Of a stretch of 64,000 bases of DNA, positions 48,417 through 61,644 are shown piece after piece; position 1 is the stretch's first letter, and every line of letters begins with the position of its first letter. Location: the NCBI RefSeq assembly GCF_022045235.1, contig NW_027266319.1, positions 65,596,001 to 65,660,000 on the forward strand. The letters are read 5' to 3'. A program made the position numbers and the translations under genes. The notes below the pieces were generated by a model that made no database searches, had not been told where the DNA came from, and saw only the letters and a list, made by a program, of their open reading frames with translations. This DNA comes from Haliotis cracherodii (Eukaryota).

Positions 48417-51400
48417 ACTGTCAGCTTCACGAAGGACTGAATCTATGTGCTGGAGTCATCAGACTGGCACTATATATATATATATTCACACAATACCAAT
48501 AACATAGTGATAAACTTGATAACACATCATTACTTTTATCAGATGTGATGATTTGTATTGGTAACAGCAAGAAACAAATCTAGTTACAGCAGGGGGCGAC
48601 GATTGTATGTGTTGATTGCCAAGATGAATCGATCAACATGGGATCCCATGTGGGAAATAGGCATTTAGATCTCGCAACTCAACATGTTTCATTAATAGTT
48701 GTGTTCGATCGTGGAGATACTACCCTTGACTTGCAATATAGAATTATATGATGTACTGATTACGAACTAATCAACAGCTGAGAATCCTATTTGACAGTTT
48801 GAATTGAAAATCCGGGGTAGAAAAGGTCTTCAGCAACCCATGCTTGCCATACAAGGCGTCTATGCTGGTCGTAAAAGGCGACTTACGGGATCAGTCGGGT
48901 GGTCAGACTCGCCGACTTGGTTAACGCTTGTCATCATATCCTATTTGCGTTGATCGATGGTCATGATGACAATCACTGAATTGTCTGGTCCAGACTCGAT
49001 TATTTATAGACCGCCGTCTTATAGCTGGGATATTGCTGAAAGAGAGAAAGAAAAGACAGTTTTATAGCTTGTTTGTCACCACACCCTGACGACCTTGACG
49101 TTCACAACACAGACGACTTAGGTTACACGTTCTCAACACATATACGCTGACGCTCTCTTCTTAGCTTTGCCACAATTTGATATTTATTTGAGTACTAGTT
49201 TATTTCCTATCTATCTCGAAAACTTGACCACTGTCGCTGCTGAGTGAATATATACTATTATCTCTGACTTTTGCTATCACCACTGTATTTTTGTATATGG
49301 TACTGACCGCATCCATCATATTATATATTGTCATTGAATATTGTTCCGCCACTCTATTGTTGACTGCAATTGTAATTGCTATGCAGTAATTTCTGTTGAT
49401 TTCGTAACTTAGTGACTTTTGTAATACATTTGTTGATTGTATACAACTAACGTATAGATTTCTGGGTTAACATATTGTTTAAATTTGTAAATCGACACGT
49501 AAACAATGAAAAATATTAATTGTTCTTCATATTGTTGGTCAAAAAACATAAAAAGTCAGCCTGCAAAATTACTTTGTTGCAATGTGTGTGTTCTAAAAAT
49601 ACTTAGCTCATAGTTTAAATTAACAAAAAATATGTGGTTTTGCAGATTCATATGACAAAATGTCTGGTCTCAATGCAAAATACCAAAATTATCTGCGCGT
49701 GTCGTTTTCAAAACAGATTAAACTGCTGTGTAGACAGTATTTGCATTATAAGACAGTTATATGAGTGAGTAGGTTGGGTTTAACGCAGTTTTGAACAGTA
49801 TTCCTGTTATATCACGGCATGTCAGCTTATAGTTAGTTGTTATGAAACCTGGAGAGGAACTACAAGAAACAACACAAAAGGGCTACATGTGTTAAAATGT
49901 GATTTTTATGACTAATCTGATAAGACATAATTTGGATGGTGTTTCACCTTGGAAGTCAGGATGGGTGAAAAAAAGAATGACACATGACAAACGTGAAAGA
50001 TCAGTTGTGGCAATGAACCACATCCGTTCCACTTATAACCTCGTGTAGATCCAGGTCAGAATGGTCGTAAGAGGCGGTTGGTGAGGATCACTGACATTGT
50101 TAATTCAAATCATCGAATCCCAATTGCATACATCGATGCAGATGTCAATTTCTGAATTGTCTCGTCCAAGCTCAATCATTTTCAGACCGCCGTCAACTAG
50201 TTGGTATATCGCTAATTGCGGCGTAAACAACAAACAAAAAATGTTTTCTTTTTTGGTAAAATTGTAAAATGACAATCCTCAATAAAAAAAAATATTTTCT
50301 GGAATAACCGTGTTTACATGGGCAGATTTCTCCTATAATAACAAAATAATATTGACTCTATTTAAGAATGAAAATACATTTAATGCCAGTTGGTAAATAA
50401 ATTTTGTTTTGTTTATTATCTATCAAAATCTAAACACACACACACAAAAACAATTGAAGGTGTTAAAAGCTGACTAACTTGCGTCAAATATTCAATGTCT
50501 TAACACGTCGTGAAGATCCGGGGTAAAATAGGTCTTCAGCAACCCATGCTTGCCGTAAATAGCGACTGTGCTTGTGGTAAGAGAATATAACGGGTTAGAA
50601 TGGACAGACTTGCTGACTTGATTGATGCATGCGTGGATCGATACTCATGATGTCCATCAGTGGGCTGTCTGGTCGATTATTTACAGACCGCCGTAAATAC
50701 AGCTAGCATATTGCTAAGTGCGGTGTTAATCAACACACAAATAAACAAACAAATACAAGAGCAATCAATCATTTGCAGATTGTAAGTGGGCTTATTTTAA
50801 GGTTTAGGGTTTCAATTTGTCACGGGTTACAGATGGAAAGACTTAAATAACATATATACAAAGAAAACTGTTCACTTCAGGGATAAGGTGGCGAATTAAT
50901 ATTTGGACTACGACGTGCAGCGTGACTAACGACATATCATAATTTCTCCAGATTGTAATCTGATTAAAATCCATTTCCCCATGTGAACTATTGACAAAGT
51001 TTTGTTTGTTTTTTTGTTTGTTTTTTTTCCGCCGCGCTCAGCAATATTCCAATTATATGAGGGCGGTCTGTAAGTAATCGAGTCTGGACCAAACAATCAA
51101 GAGAATGACAACATCGAGCTTCGGTCCACGCAATTGGGATCTATGAAATTCATCAACCAAGTCAGCGAGCCTGTCCACCCGATCACGTAAGTCGCCTCTT
51201 ACGACAAGCATAGTCGGCTTTTACGGCAAGCATGGGTAACTGACAACATATTCTACGGGCCTATTAAGTGCATGTCATCGTATCCCAGTTGCGGGTGTAT
51301 TGACAAAGTGCTTTTTTTGCTGCAATTAAACGTCATTGGCCTCCTTCAATTTGCGTAATTCGTACGCCGTTATTTGTGTAGTGTATTTTCGCTGTAACAA

Positions 51401-52712
51401 TCTTCTTCTTAGACATTATGACAAATTGTCAGAAATTGACGGCTTTCCGCCTCGTGTCAATTGGCGGATGTGGCTGAAAAAACTAAAGAGAGTCTATTTA
51501 AAGTTCTCTGACATGCGCAGTCGACAAAGTGAATAAAAGCTCATGATCATGAGAATACGGGTGATTGGGTTAGGTTTGACGCCACTCTGGACAATATTTC
51601 AGTTATATCAGGGCATGTCAGCTTGGTGTGGGAGGAAAGCCTGATGTGATGCTGGTCTTATAATTATATGTTTGCCGCGTTGGAACCCACGATCAAGGGA
51701 CGCAACTCTGCAAAACGAACTTTGCACCTTAGGAGTCATAGCCACCTGCTCCTATTCAGTGAATAAAACTTAGAACAGTCCGTTTTATGCTATTTCTGTG
51801 TAATGCTGCTCATAATGAATTCCGATACTATTTGGAGAGATGTCAAGTACATTGTTTGCAATGTTAACGGTTCGGACTGTTGTATTTTGCCTTGTTCAAA
51901 TTCCACATCATTTCTTTTTAGTTTTTCGAAAGTTTCAAATTAATGATGGTATCAATGTACTTTTATTCATAAAAAAATGCTCATATCCTTATAGTGTCTG
52001 TGATCAGTCTCGTGACAGCTAGACATAAATGTGTCTGCAAAGGGCTGGTGTGTTTCATTGCACCCTCATCTGGTTCCACAGACTCGATCCATGCAGCTGA
52101 TTCTACAATCTCATCCAAATCAGACCTTTTACTCCGACAAGACACCACTCTGTGAAGTCTGACAACTCCGCCCAACAGTGGAGACTCCGTGTGTAACATA
52201 TAAAAGTTGAATGGTGGAAATACTTCTACGAACACAATACTTGAGATGCTCCTCAGTAACTGTTTGGTGAACATTTAAGGAGACAAATGTCAACATATTG
52301 CAGTTAATATTTGTTACCTTCAAAACATTAAGCAAAAGTGTGATTATTCTTTTATCAAAGACGCAAAGCTAAACAATTCTACAATTACATCTTTATCGTG
52401 TGTATAACATGAGATTAAAGCATTAAAACAAAGAGGAAGCCGTAAAATTAGGCCCACAACTCCTGCAAAACCCCATTAATCCAAAAGTACACAAATCTGA
52501 GTCAATGCATTGATAAAAGACAATAATTCTCAACTCCGCACTTTCGTTAATCCAAAAGGTTTCACAGGGCAATGTTCCGTTCGGATTAACGAGAATTCAC
52601 TGTATCTGATGTCCAGCCTCGTATACCTTTTCTAAACTTACAGACGATAGCATGTAGTATAGCATGGTATTTCGCCTCCCATCTTTGTTCTTGGTTATCA
52701 CAGGTGTTTATT

Positions 52713-53154
52713 TTATATACCAATTACCAAGTCGCGGGTTATATTTATGTGGCCGCTGGAATACACTATATCACCCAGCTTGTGGACGGTACATTGCTCC
52801 ACCGCTATACTCTCAACAACGTCTCTTGGGTCCCCTTCATGTGTAGGGGCAACTCCTTCCATTTCGATGTATATGAAATACTGGGTATTTCGCTTGAAAA
52901 ATCTGGTTTCACGAAGCCAGTATTGGAAATTGTTATGCTTTCCCGATGGTTTTGTCTTGGCTGAAAAAAATGTCTCACGATAAAGTTTGTTGCCCAATCA
53001 CAGATTCTGATGTGATAGACTATTTCTTTATTCTGGTCGTGTCCATATAAGGAGACGCCATACAGAATGACGTCATGGGAACAGGAAACATCAGTTCTTC
53101 TTCAAAATGTCCGCTTCCTTGTCTGGGTCATCCTCCGATGGTCTTTAAAAAACA
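52713..53154 (-). pseudogene. Second copy of the PHR-like BTBD fragment
   Basis: Paralog of 40406-40842; CAG instead of TAG, but frameshifted in an A-run near 52965-52970. Confidence 0.55.
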
Positions 53155-53620
53155 CAACTTCTTCGACAGTGCAGACACACCCACAGGCGACCACATGTAA
53201 TCAAGAGGTCAGACTCAGTGACTTGGTTGACTGTACGTCACTCTGTCGTGAGATGCTGCTCACATCATCCACTGATTGAGTTTTCAGAAGAGATTATTCA
53301 AAGTGAGTAACAGAACTCACATCTGTTTTATGTATTCATCTTTATGTGTCCCAAGGCCAGCAACATAAGCATTCGTTAGAAATCAACTATCTAAAATGAC
53401 ACGCATCCAGAGTGTTAGAGGTTTGTTTATTTGTTTGTTTGTTTGTTTGTCGTTTAACGCCGCACTCGGAGATATTCCTGTTATATGACTGTGGTACACA
53501 AACTGCTAAGGATATTGTAAGATCCGTGTAGAGACATATGACTAAGACAAAGTGATCAAGTTAATGTCTTTATTAACAGTACTGACACAACGTGGTAAGG
53601 ACAGGGCCACGTGTTGATGG

Positions 53621-56600
53621 TTACTCCTGCCATCTGCGAAGCCTCACTTCCTTCAGGGCAGAGCAGCTCACCTCCGGGTTTCTGATGACGAGGTAAAGCA
53701 GTTCAAAACTTCTGTTACATGTGTCAATCATTTGTGTTATATTTTGCAAGAAAATAATCATTTTGCTACAAGCACTGTTTTAATGGAAATGTATTATTTG
53801 CATTTCCTAAGTTTCTCTGTATCACAAGATAAACTAGACACAGCATTTGGTTATTGAATTCATTTTCATTAACTGTTCAATTCTACTGCTTACACCTGTA
53901 AAACAACATTATAATTCAGCATACCCAGATCCATTGGTGCCAATGTTAGTATTCAGGAAAGCTGACCGCTGGATGGTGTTGACATTGTCGGCATTGTCAC
54001 AGATGATACGAGCCAATGACGCTTTTTTCAGCTGCGTTATTTGATCTGAATTCAAACAAAGAAACATTGTAAAGATATATGTACATCACTATTTAAAACA
54101 AAGAAATTGACATCAATCCCTGTTCACAAATTAATGTATATCGTTAATACACCAACCAAGAAAAGAGGTGTATGTATTTACCAGAGGTAAAACCAGTGAC
54201 AGAGTCTGTAGATTCGAACCAGAACCTGTCACCATCCCTCAATTTCTTGAACTGTTCTCCGATCAGACAGATGTAGGTTCTTCCCATTGCTGCAACATCA
54301 AACGGGACTTCAGCAACACCTCCACTGTACAGATCAATGTCGTCCACGCTGTTACTGAAAGAGTCAAGTAACATATTATATATGTAATTTAGACCTTTGA
54401 AACAACAGAAGTGTTAAATTATATTGGACAAAGATGAAAAAATATTTATTGAAGATGATTGGTTGTGAATCATAGCTAATCGATTGCGGAGATCAATTTT
54501 CTCTAAAATACTAATCAGCATGAACACTTACTATATATCCTCAAGATCGCGACCTTGAATGATTCCGAAATCATTATCAGATGTGAAGGAGGTGATTTTG
54601 TCGAGACCACAGTATTCTCTCCAGGCGTTGTAAGGAGGGAGACCGTGTTCTCTTCCTCGCTGAATGTTCAGACTCACAATGTCAAATCCGTCCTTCGTGG
54701 CGGAATCCTCCTCAAACATCCTCTGCCTCATGCCATCGACATACCACGCATCAACACGTTCACCTGCAGCGCCCAGAAAACTAGTGATGACGTCGTCCAG
54801 GCTGTTGATGACGTATTTGGTTCTCTTGAAAAGGTCACCAGTGTCCACCACTTCGCTTCCTATTGTGAGGTTTTCTGGCACCATCGAATGGCCAAATCGG
54901 AAAGCTGCGGTTGAGAAGACGTTACTGAGAGTTGGGTCGAGGCTGGAATTGTAGTTGTAGTTGCCCAGTTCCAGACTGTAGTTTGCAACCCCGTCGTCAC
55001 TAAGGATTTGAGGCAGCCACTCGTTGTATGTGATCACCTGGTGATATATACGACGTACATCAGGCTCTGTTCATCTTCATCATATGTTTGATATGAATGC
55101 CGTTACAAAATACTTGCAACATGTCATTACTTTACTAATAATATCAGGAAAAAACAGTTGTTATCGTAGATGCACAGGTAGTATTTATATGTGCGGGGAT
55201 TTATAATTTGTATCCACCTGTGTTCAACCGAATTGAAGCCTAACCTGTAATTCAGCAATAACTACTCGTCTTGCTTCTTGGAAGAGTTTCTCGTCATCCC
55301 AACCACTGTTATAGCCTTTGAGTTCTGTTGCAACACGGTTGTGTTCTCTCATGAAAAGAGTGTGTAGAGCACTCAGTCCAGGGAAGACATTGACTCTCGA
55401 GTCACCTGCAGTAAAACGGGAAATATTTTTGTATGTTTTATTTGATATGTAGTATAATAACTTGTTTTAAATACCATATATTATATTCATCTTATTTACA
55501 GGAAAATTGAATATTCATTAAAATGTTAAGAACCATTTTATCACCAACGTAAATAGTGAGCACATCTTACACACATAGTTTATAAGGATGTAATTGCTAT
55601 GAAATATTGATTTCTCCTGTTTGTAACGACCTGCTTTGAAACAGTAGTTGCTTGAATCAGAAGTATCAAGAAAGCAATCATCAGAATCTCCTTCCGGCAG
55701 AAGATTGTTTGTTCCCACTTTCAACAATCCGGCTGGAAAATAACAGAGAGACGAATAACGAAACATGTACAGTTCACATAACTTATCATGAAATATAGAA
55801 ATAACATAAACTGAATAGCAAATCAAGGTCTGTCGTGTGATTGTTATCATCTCACAAACTGATACTTATCACAGAAAATCATCGAGAAATCAGGAGGACA
55901 TGCAACCTACATCCAGAGTCAGTGTCTCTGAGCTCGGCCGTCTCCGAGTCTGAAATGCCGTAGATGTGGGAACCGTCTATAAAGGCGGACAGTTCATTGT
56001 ACTGTTGTCGTGGATCTGGTAGGAGAGAAATCAGGAATGAGTTTACCATGAAAGTTTATTTGTTTAAGGATGTTAAAGTATGAGGTTACATTGTGTCTTT
56101 CTCCGAAATATAATCTTGAAATAAATAAACTTGAAATGCAATCTCGTCTGTTTCAGGTATGGGAATGCATCATGAATGTGGTTATACTTTGGATGGGATC
56201 ATAGGCAGTTGCCCAGTCGTCAAAAGCGCCGCTATTGTGCAGAGTTGCGTCCCTTGGGCACGCCAGAAACCTACATGTGGTTTGTGGGTTCGAATCCCAG
56301 TTCTCCCGAGTATGAGTCTATGTTTGACAGCACCATACCCGTGCTTGTGGGTTTCACCAAACTGGTAAACATCTTGAAACTACATCACTTCGGGCTTTCC
56401 TCTTATATTAAGCAAACACTCGCTGATATAACTGGAGTACTTTTCGCAGTACCCTTAAATCCAACTCACTCAATCCCTCAATTTGGATATAACTCTTAAA
56501 TAGGTATTGAAATGCAATCCAATGGACACTTCAATCTTTAAAGAAAGTAGAATAGCTAAATATTATTTCAAAATGTAATTGGGGAGAATGAGCGAACTTC

Positions 56601-59600
56601 CAGGCCATATCATAGGTCACCGTTTAAAATTGCGTCAGATAACCCTTTAGGTTGACAAACCATCAACCAGGTCCCACACTCATTATTTGACGTTTACGTC
56701 AAGCATATTCGTGGGGAATAGCCTACTCAGGAAGGACCAAGGGGAGAAATATGTATTGGGAGTTGTATATAAGTGTTCATCCTTACTGGAGGAATCTGTG
56801 CCTGTTCCTGAAACCGCCTCCGATCTCACCAGGTTCATACATTTGCCATCGCCAAAGTAGAAGTCACCATCAGGAAGGGTGATCGGGAAACATGGAGAGT
56901 CCGTGCTGATGAAAGGAAGACAATATTTGATATTTCTGATACATTTTGCATGATCTGTATATAGTACATCAACCATTTTATCATATTTTGAAATATGAAT
57001 AGTATGGTGTAGTGTAATCAGACTTGTTCATTGTTGTGTCATATGATATAGTGACAGTATAGTAAGGGATCACAAGTAGTTTATTGTTATGAAAATCGTA
57101 CTTAGAAATGAATATTCTTGACAGGTAACAGTGTAAACTTACTCGCTTGGAACAGAATCGGTTCTGTCACAACATTCAATATCACTTCCATTATCTGTAA
57201 AGAAGAAAGTACATGTATGTCGATGTTTTGAAGATGAAGAGACATCCACAACAAACCATGCCCTTCGAAATATAAATATAAAAATTAGAAATGAATACAT
57301 TATGCGATCGTGCTACAATATGCTGTATTTCTGACATGAATAGTGTCAACATTGCGAAAGATAGAAGCAATTTACAAAAAACAAGCATGAAATACTCATA
57401 TCCCCCGCCAATGTGACATGTCCGGTTGTGTGCAATGCATTAGCTCCTGTGAACTATGTTCGTGAATGGCCTAATTACAAGCACTAAAAGGTTATTACTG
57501 GTGTTGTTTTGCTTTCTGCAGTTTATGATAGAATATGTAACTGTAGTGAGTTATGTTATTACTTGAACAATAATCAGAGAAATAAGGGAGTTCTAACTTT
57601 ACTTAGAGATCATTGAGAGCAGGGGCCACCATGAGGTGTACTGAGAAGTACAGCACCAATCATCTGATGATTTGATAAGTAGACTGGAGTCTGGAATGCT
57701 ACAGCACTGGCATGATCAACCCTGCGTAGATGTTTTTGTGGAATGTGTAAACGGTTTCCGAGTTATGCTCTGGCTACGGAAATGTTTGTTAAAACTCACA
57801 AACTATCAAACGTCACCAGTGTACCACTAGACCTATTTATATGCCAAGTTTGGTGGAACAGTATGATATGGGTTTCAATATCTGTGCCAAGTTTGGTTAT
57901 TTTCAGTCTAATTCAAAGTCGTTTCCAGGGAAACTCGAAAGACAATATTTTTAAATCCCCAACTATCAAAGGGCACCAGTTTACAACAACACCCATTTAA
58001 GTGCCAGCTTTGGTGATGATATATTGTACGGAGATATGCTCCAGAAACGAGGACTACCGCCATTTTTAGTCTAAGCCAAAGTCGTTGCCAGGGAAACTCG
58101 AAAAATAATTTTCTTAAAAATCCCAAAGTATCCAAACGCAACAGTTTTCCACTAGACCTATCTATGTGCCAAATTTGGTTAAGATATCGGTCATGTTTTA
58201 GTTCTATTCCGAAAACGAAACGTGACGGAACGAACAGACGGGCGGAAGGACGGATGGACAGCACTCAGTTCTATATCCCCCCACCTTCTGACCCGATCCC
58301 GTCTGTGGTCAGACCACATCACAGACTTACAAAGTAATTTAGCTGCGAACCGTGAAATGCTCGTACCAGACGCCATCATGTTTTGTAGCAGACGAGTCAA
58401 TATTCAAGTCAATACAGATCATGTGACGAGTCAATATTCGAGGACAGTAATAGTCACATGATTTCGGGGTTTACATTGAAATGTACGGATTAACCAATGG
58501 AATTGCAAGATTCTTAGGAGAGGTATAACGATATCAAATCATTACCTGTAACCACCGGTGTTCCCGTGATGTCGTGGTCAATAAACTGACCCCACTGCAT
58601 CAGCATGACGGAGTTTCTGACGGAAAGAAAACTCAGCTCAAAGTGAACATGGTTGCTGATGCTTCTTGGGTTAGGCAGGTCTGATCCATCTGTAGCCAGA
58701 GCTCTGGGGTTTCCCATTGCTGTAATATACAACAGAAATGTTTGTTCGTTGATTTGTCATATTGTTACATGCAGTTGGAAACTATTTAATACTGGATATC
58801 CCTTGCCTAATATTCTGTCGGATGTAAACTAGTGCTTATTTAAACTCTTTTTTTTATGTTGAATGTAAAACGGTTTTCATTAGATAGGTATATATTTTCT
58901 TTGAGAGGCATTAAGAAGTTGGAGTACTAAGTAAGGATAAGATTTATGGATGAACAACTTCCTTTTTACAATTAGGAGCGACGTTTCGGTGCAAGTTCTA
59001 ACACTGATATCAATCAATCTGTACATTACTTGCTTGATAACAGTGTTAGAACCTACACCGAAACGTTGCTCCTAATTGTAATAAAGAAGCTGTTCATCCA
59101 TAAATCTTATCCTTACTCAGGTATTGAGTGTTGTGACGTTTAGTTATTTATAATCAGTTGGTATCGTTCCTCAGATATTATTTACAGAAATATGGCAAAA
59201 TGAACAAACCGTCGGCATAGACAGGTTCCAGCCACCTGGTGAGTTGAGCACCAGCAGCTCCCCATTCCGAATTATCTACGTTATTGCACGTGCCATCAGC
59301 TGTCCGATAGGTGTCACTTGAGTCGCAGGTGGCTCTCCTGAGTTAAACGTATTTGTGAGATAAGACATTGAATCCCTTTCATCAACACATATAACACTCT
59401 AACTTAGCATGACACATTGAACAGGGACGTCCCGGGAAGACTACACATTCTTCAAGTTATAACAGCTGAGGTATTTAATCCTCCAAGATTAATACATTAT
59501 TTTCATTGTTGGATTATATATTTTGGAAAATATTTACTTGTAGTTAGGCGCCGATATGGGTGTACACTTGCAATACAGCAGAACAGGTACATATTTACAT

Positions 59601-61644
59601 AAGGGTTTAAGAAACATGTTGTCTTCACTACTGTTTAGATTCACATGTCCAGTTTTTCATGTCAGACAAACCTGCTTCTGTAGACAGGCTCCATGTGTCT
59701 TTTACTCTTGGATGATCGCGAACTGAAGGCGCATGGCGTCCTGCTTCCTCCACACTCTGGAACGAAGGCTCACGTGATTTCATGTGTTATCCACAAACGG
59801 AATATATATTAAAGTTAATACCATGTTGTTATTATTCTGAGAATAAAATTTAAATGTATGCCACATTTATACCCCATCTGTATAAATCTGATTATACCTT
59901 CACCTACTCAAAGTGTTATATATTTTCATATTCCAAATATGTATTTAGGAGTAAAACAATACATAAAGTTTAAATAAAAGCGGCAATAACTATTTCCATA
60001 ATAATAGAAAGCGATTCGACACTATGTTTATGAATCAATATGAAATGACACCAGATGTTCGCGAAAAGGTGTGCATATCCTGTCCCACTGCTGACATCCG
60101 TCACAAACACATGCAAAGGCAAATGAACTGTTCACCTGAAAAAAGCGACAAACTCCTTTTCATTGCCAGGAGCTAAAAGCATAGTCAGTTTGCGATTCTA
60201 ACGGTATCGTCTGCATTTGATTATAAATCACTATTGAATAGTGATGATACCAGGTGTTCACGAAACGATGAACACACCCTGCCCGACCGGTGGTACCCGT
60301 CACAAGCACATGCAAAGTCAAGTCAATTGTAATGACAACACGGGAACCTAATTATGGTTCAAGTCAAAATAAGTAATTGCATCAGATACTGATGCGCAAA
60401 TTTGGAAATGTCCTCTACGTATCTCATATAAAACATTTTGAAAGTTTTACTCAGGCCTTGACTGTTAAAATAACGTTTGAGTCGTGTCAAATCTTCGGAT
60501 ACTTGATTGTACCTGAAAGGTTGTGAAATGTGATTTGGGTTTAACGCCGCTTTTATCAGTATTCCAGTGATATCGTGGCGCGTCAGCTTCATGTGGGAGG
60601 AAAGCCCGAAGTGATGCAGGTCTCAGACGTTTACCACTTTGGTGAAACTCACGAGCACAGGTATGGTGCTGACAAACCTAGAAACATAATCGGGGCGAAC
60701 CGGGATTCGAACCCACAATCATAGGTTACTGGCATGCCCAAGGGACGCAACTCTGCACAGCGAATCGCGGTGCCTTAGACGACTAGGCCACTCGTGCCCC
60801 CATAGTTCAATGGAAAGGAATTGGCTACAGGCCATTATTGAAAAATGTCAGATGTTTGATATACCCGAAACAGGAGTTAAACTTCTTTGCCAAACTACTT
60901 TGTTACTTTAGATTTTAGCATTCCAAGCATTCCTCCCGAATTCTTTGCATAGGGACACAGATGAGCTGGAGGCGGACATAATTGGTGCACTGTGGGTGCC
61001 TGTAGTTACATGTACGTCTTGTCTAAATGTCTTATCCCCAAAGTTCACACTGAAGTTTTCAATGAGGAAGTCAAGCATTTCACATTTCGTTCAACAGCCC
61101 GCAAGCCTGAACATCCGATCCGGTATGATGCGACTAACGGGATCGGGTGGTCAGGCTCGCTGGCTTTGTGGATGCATGTCATCGTATCCAAATTATGTAG
61201 ATCGATGCTCATTATGTCAATCATTGGAGTGTCTGGCCGGGACTCGAATATTTACAGACCGCTGCCATATAGCTGGAATATTGCTTAGGGCGGCAAACAA
61301 ACCAACAAACATATGTAACCAAGTTATTGATAAGCTTTGAAGAACAGTTTCAAATGTTCTAATATATGAACCATATTTTTAGATAGGACTACATGTACCA
61401 ACTGCACACACGGTTCAATTCCATTATATACCAATATGTATAACTTCATATAGGTGTTGTACAGTATCAAAGATAATCCTTATAAGTTGCTTATTGCATG
61501 TAGTGTTCCCTCAATCCACAAGGTGACAATAAACAAGCCCTAGAGCCAATGGTTTGCAGAAATATAGATTCTGAATAGTAAATACTCACCAGCGTGTATA
61601 ACGCAGAGCGCGATCAGTAGAGCTTGCACAAGGAATGACTGCAT
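53621..61644 (-). CDS. Secreted animal heme peroxidase, copy 3 (apparently intact)
   Basis: ATG at 61644, stop at 53621; all 13 exons and catalytic motifs present; no stop seen in the exons I compared; intron 1 is longer. Confidence 0.85.
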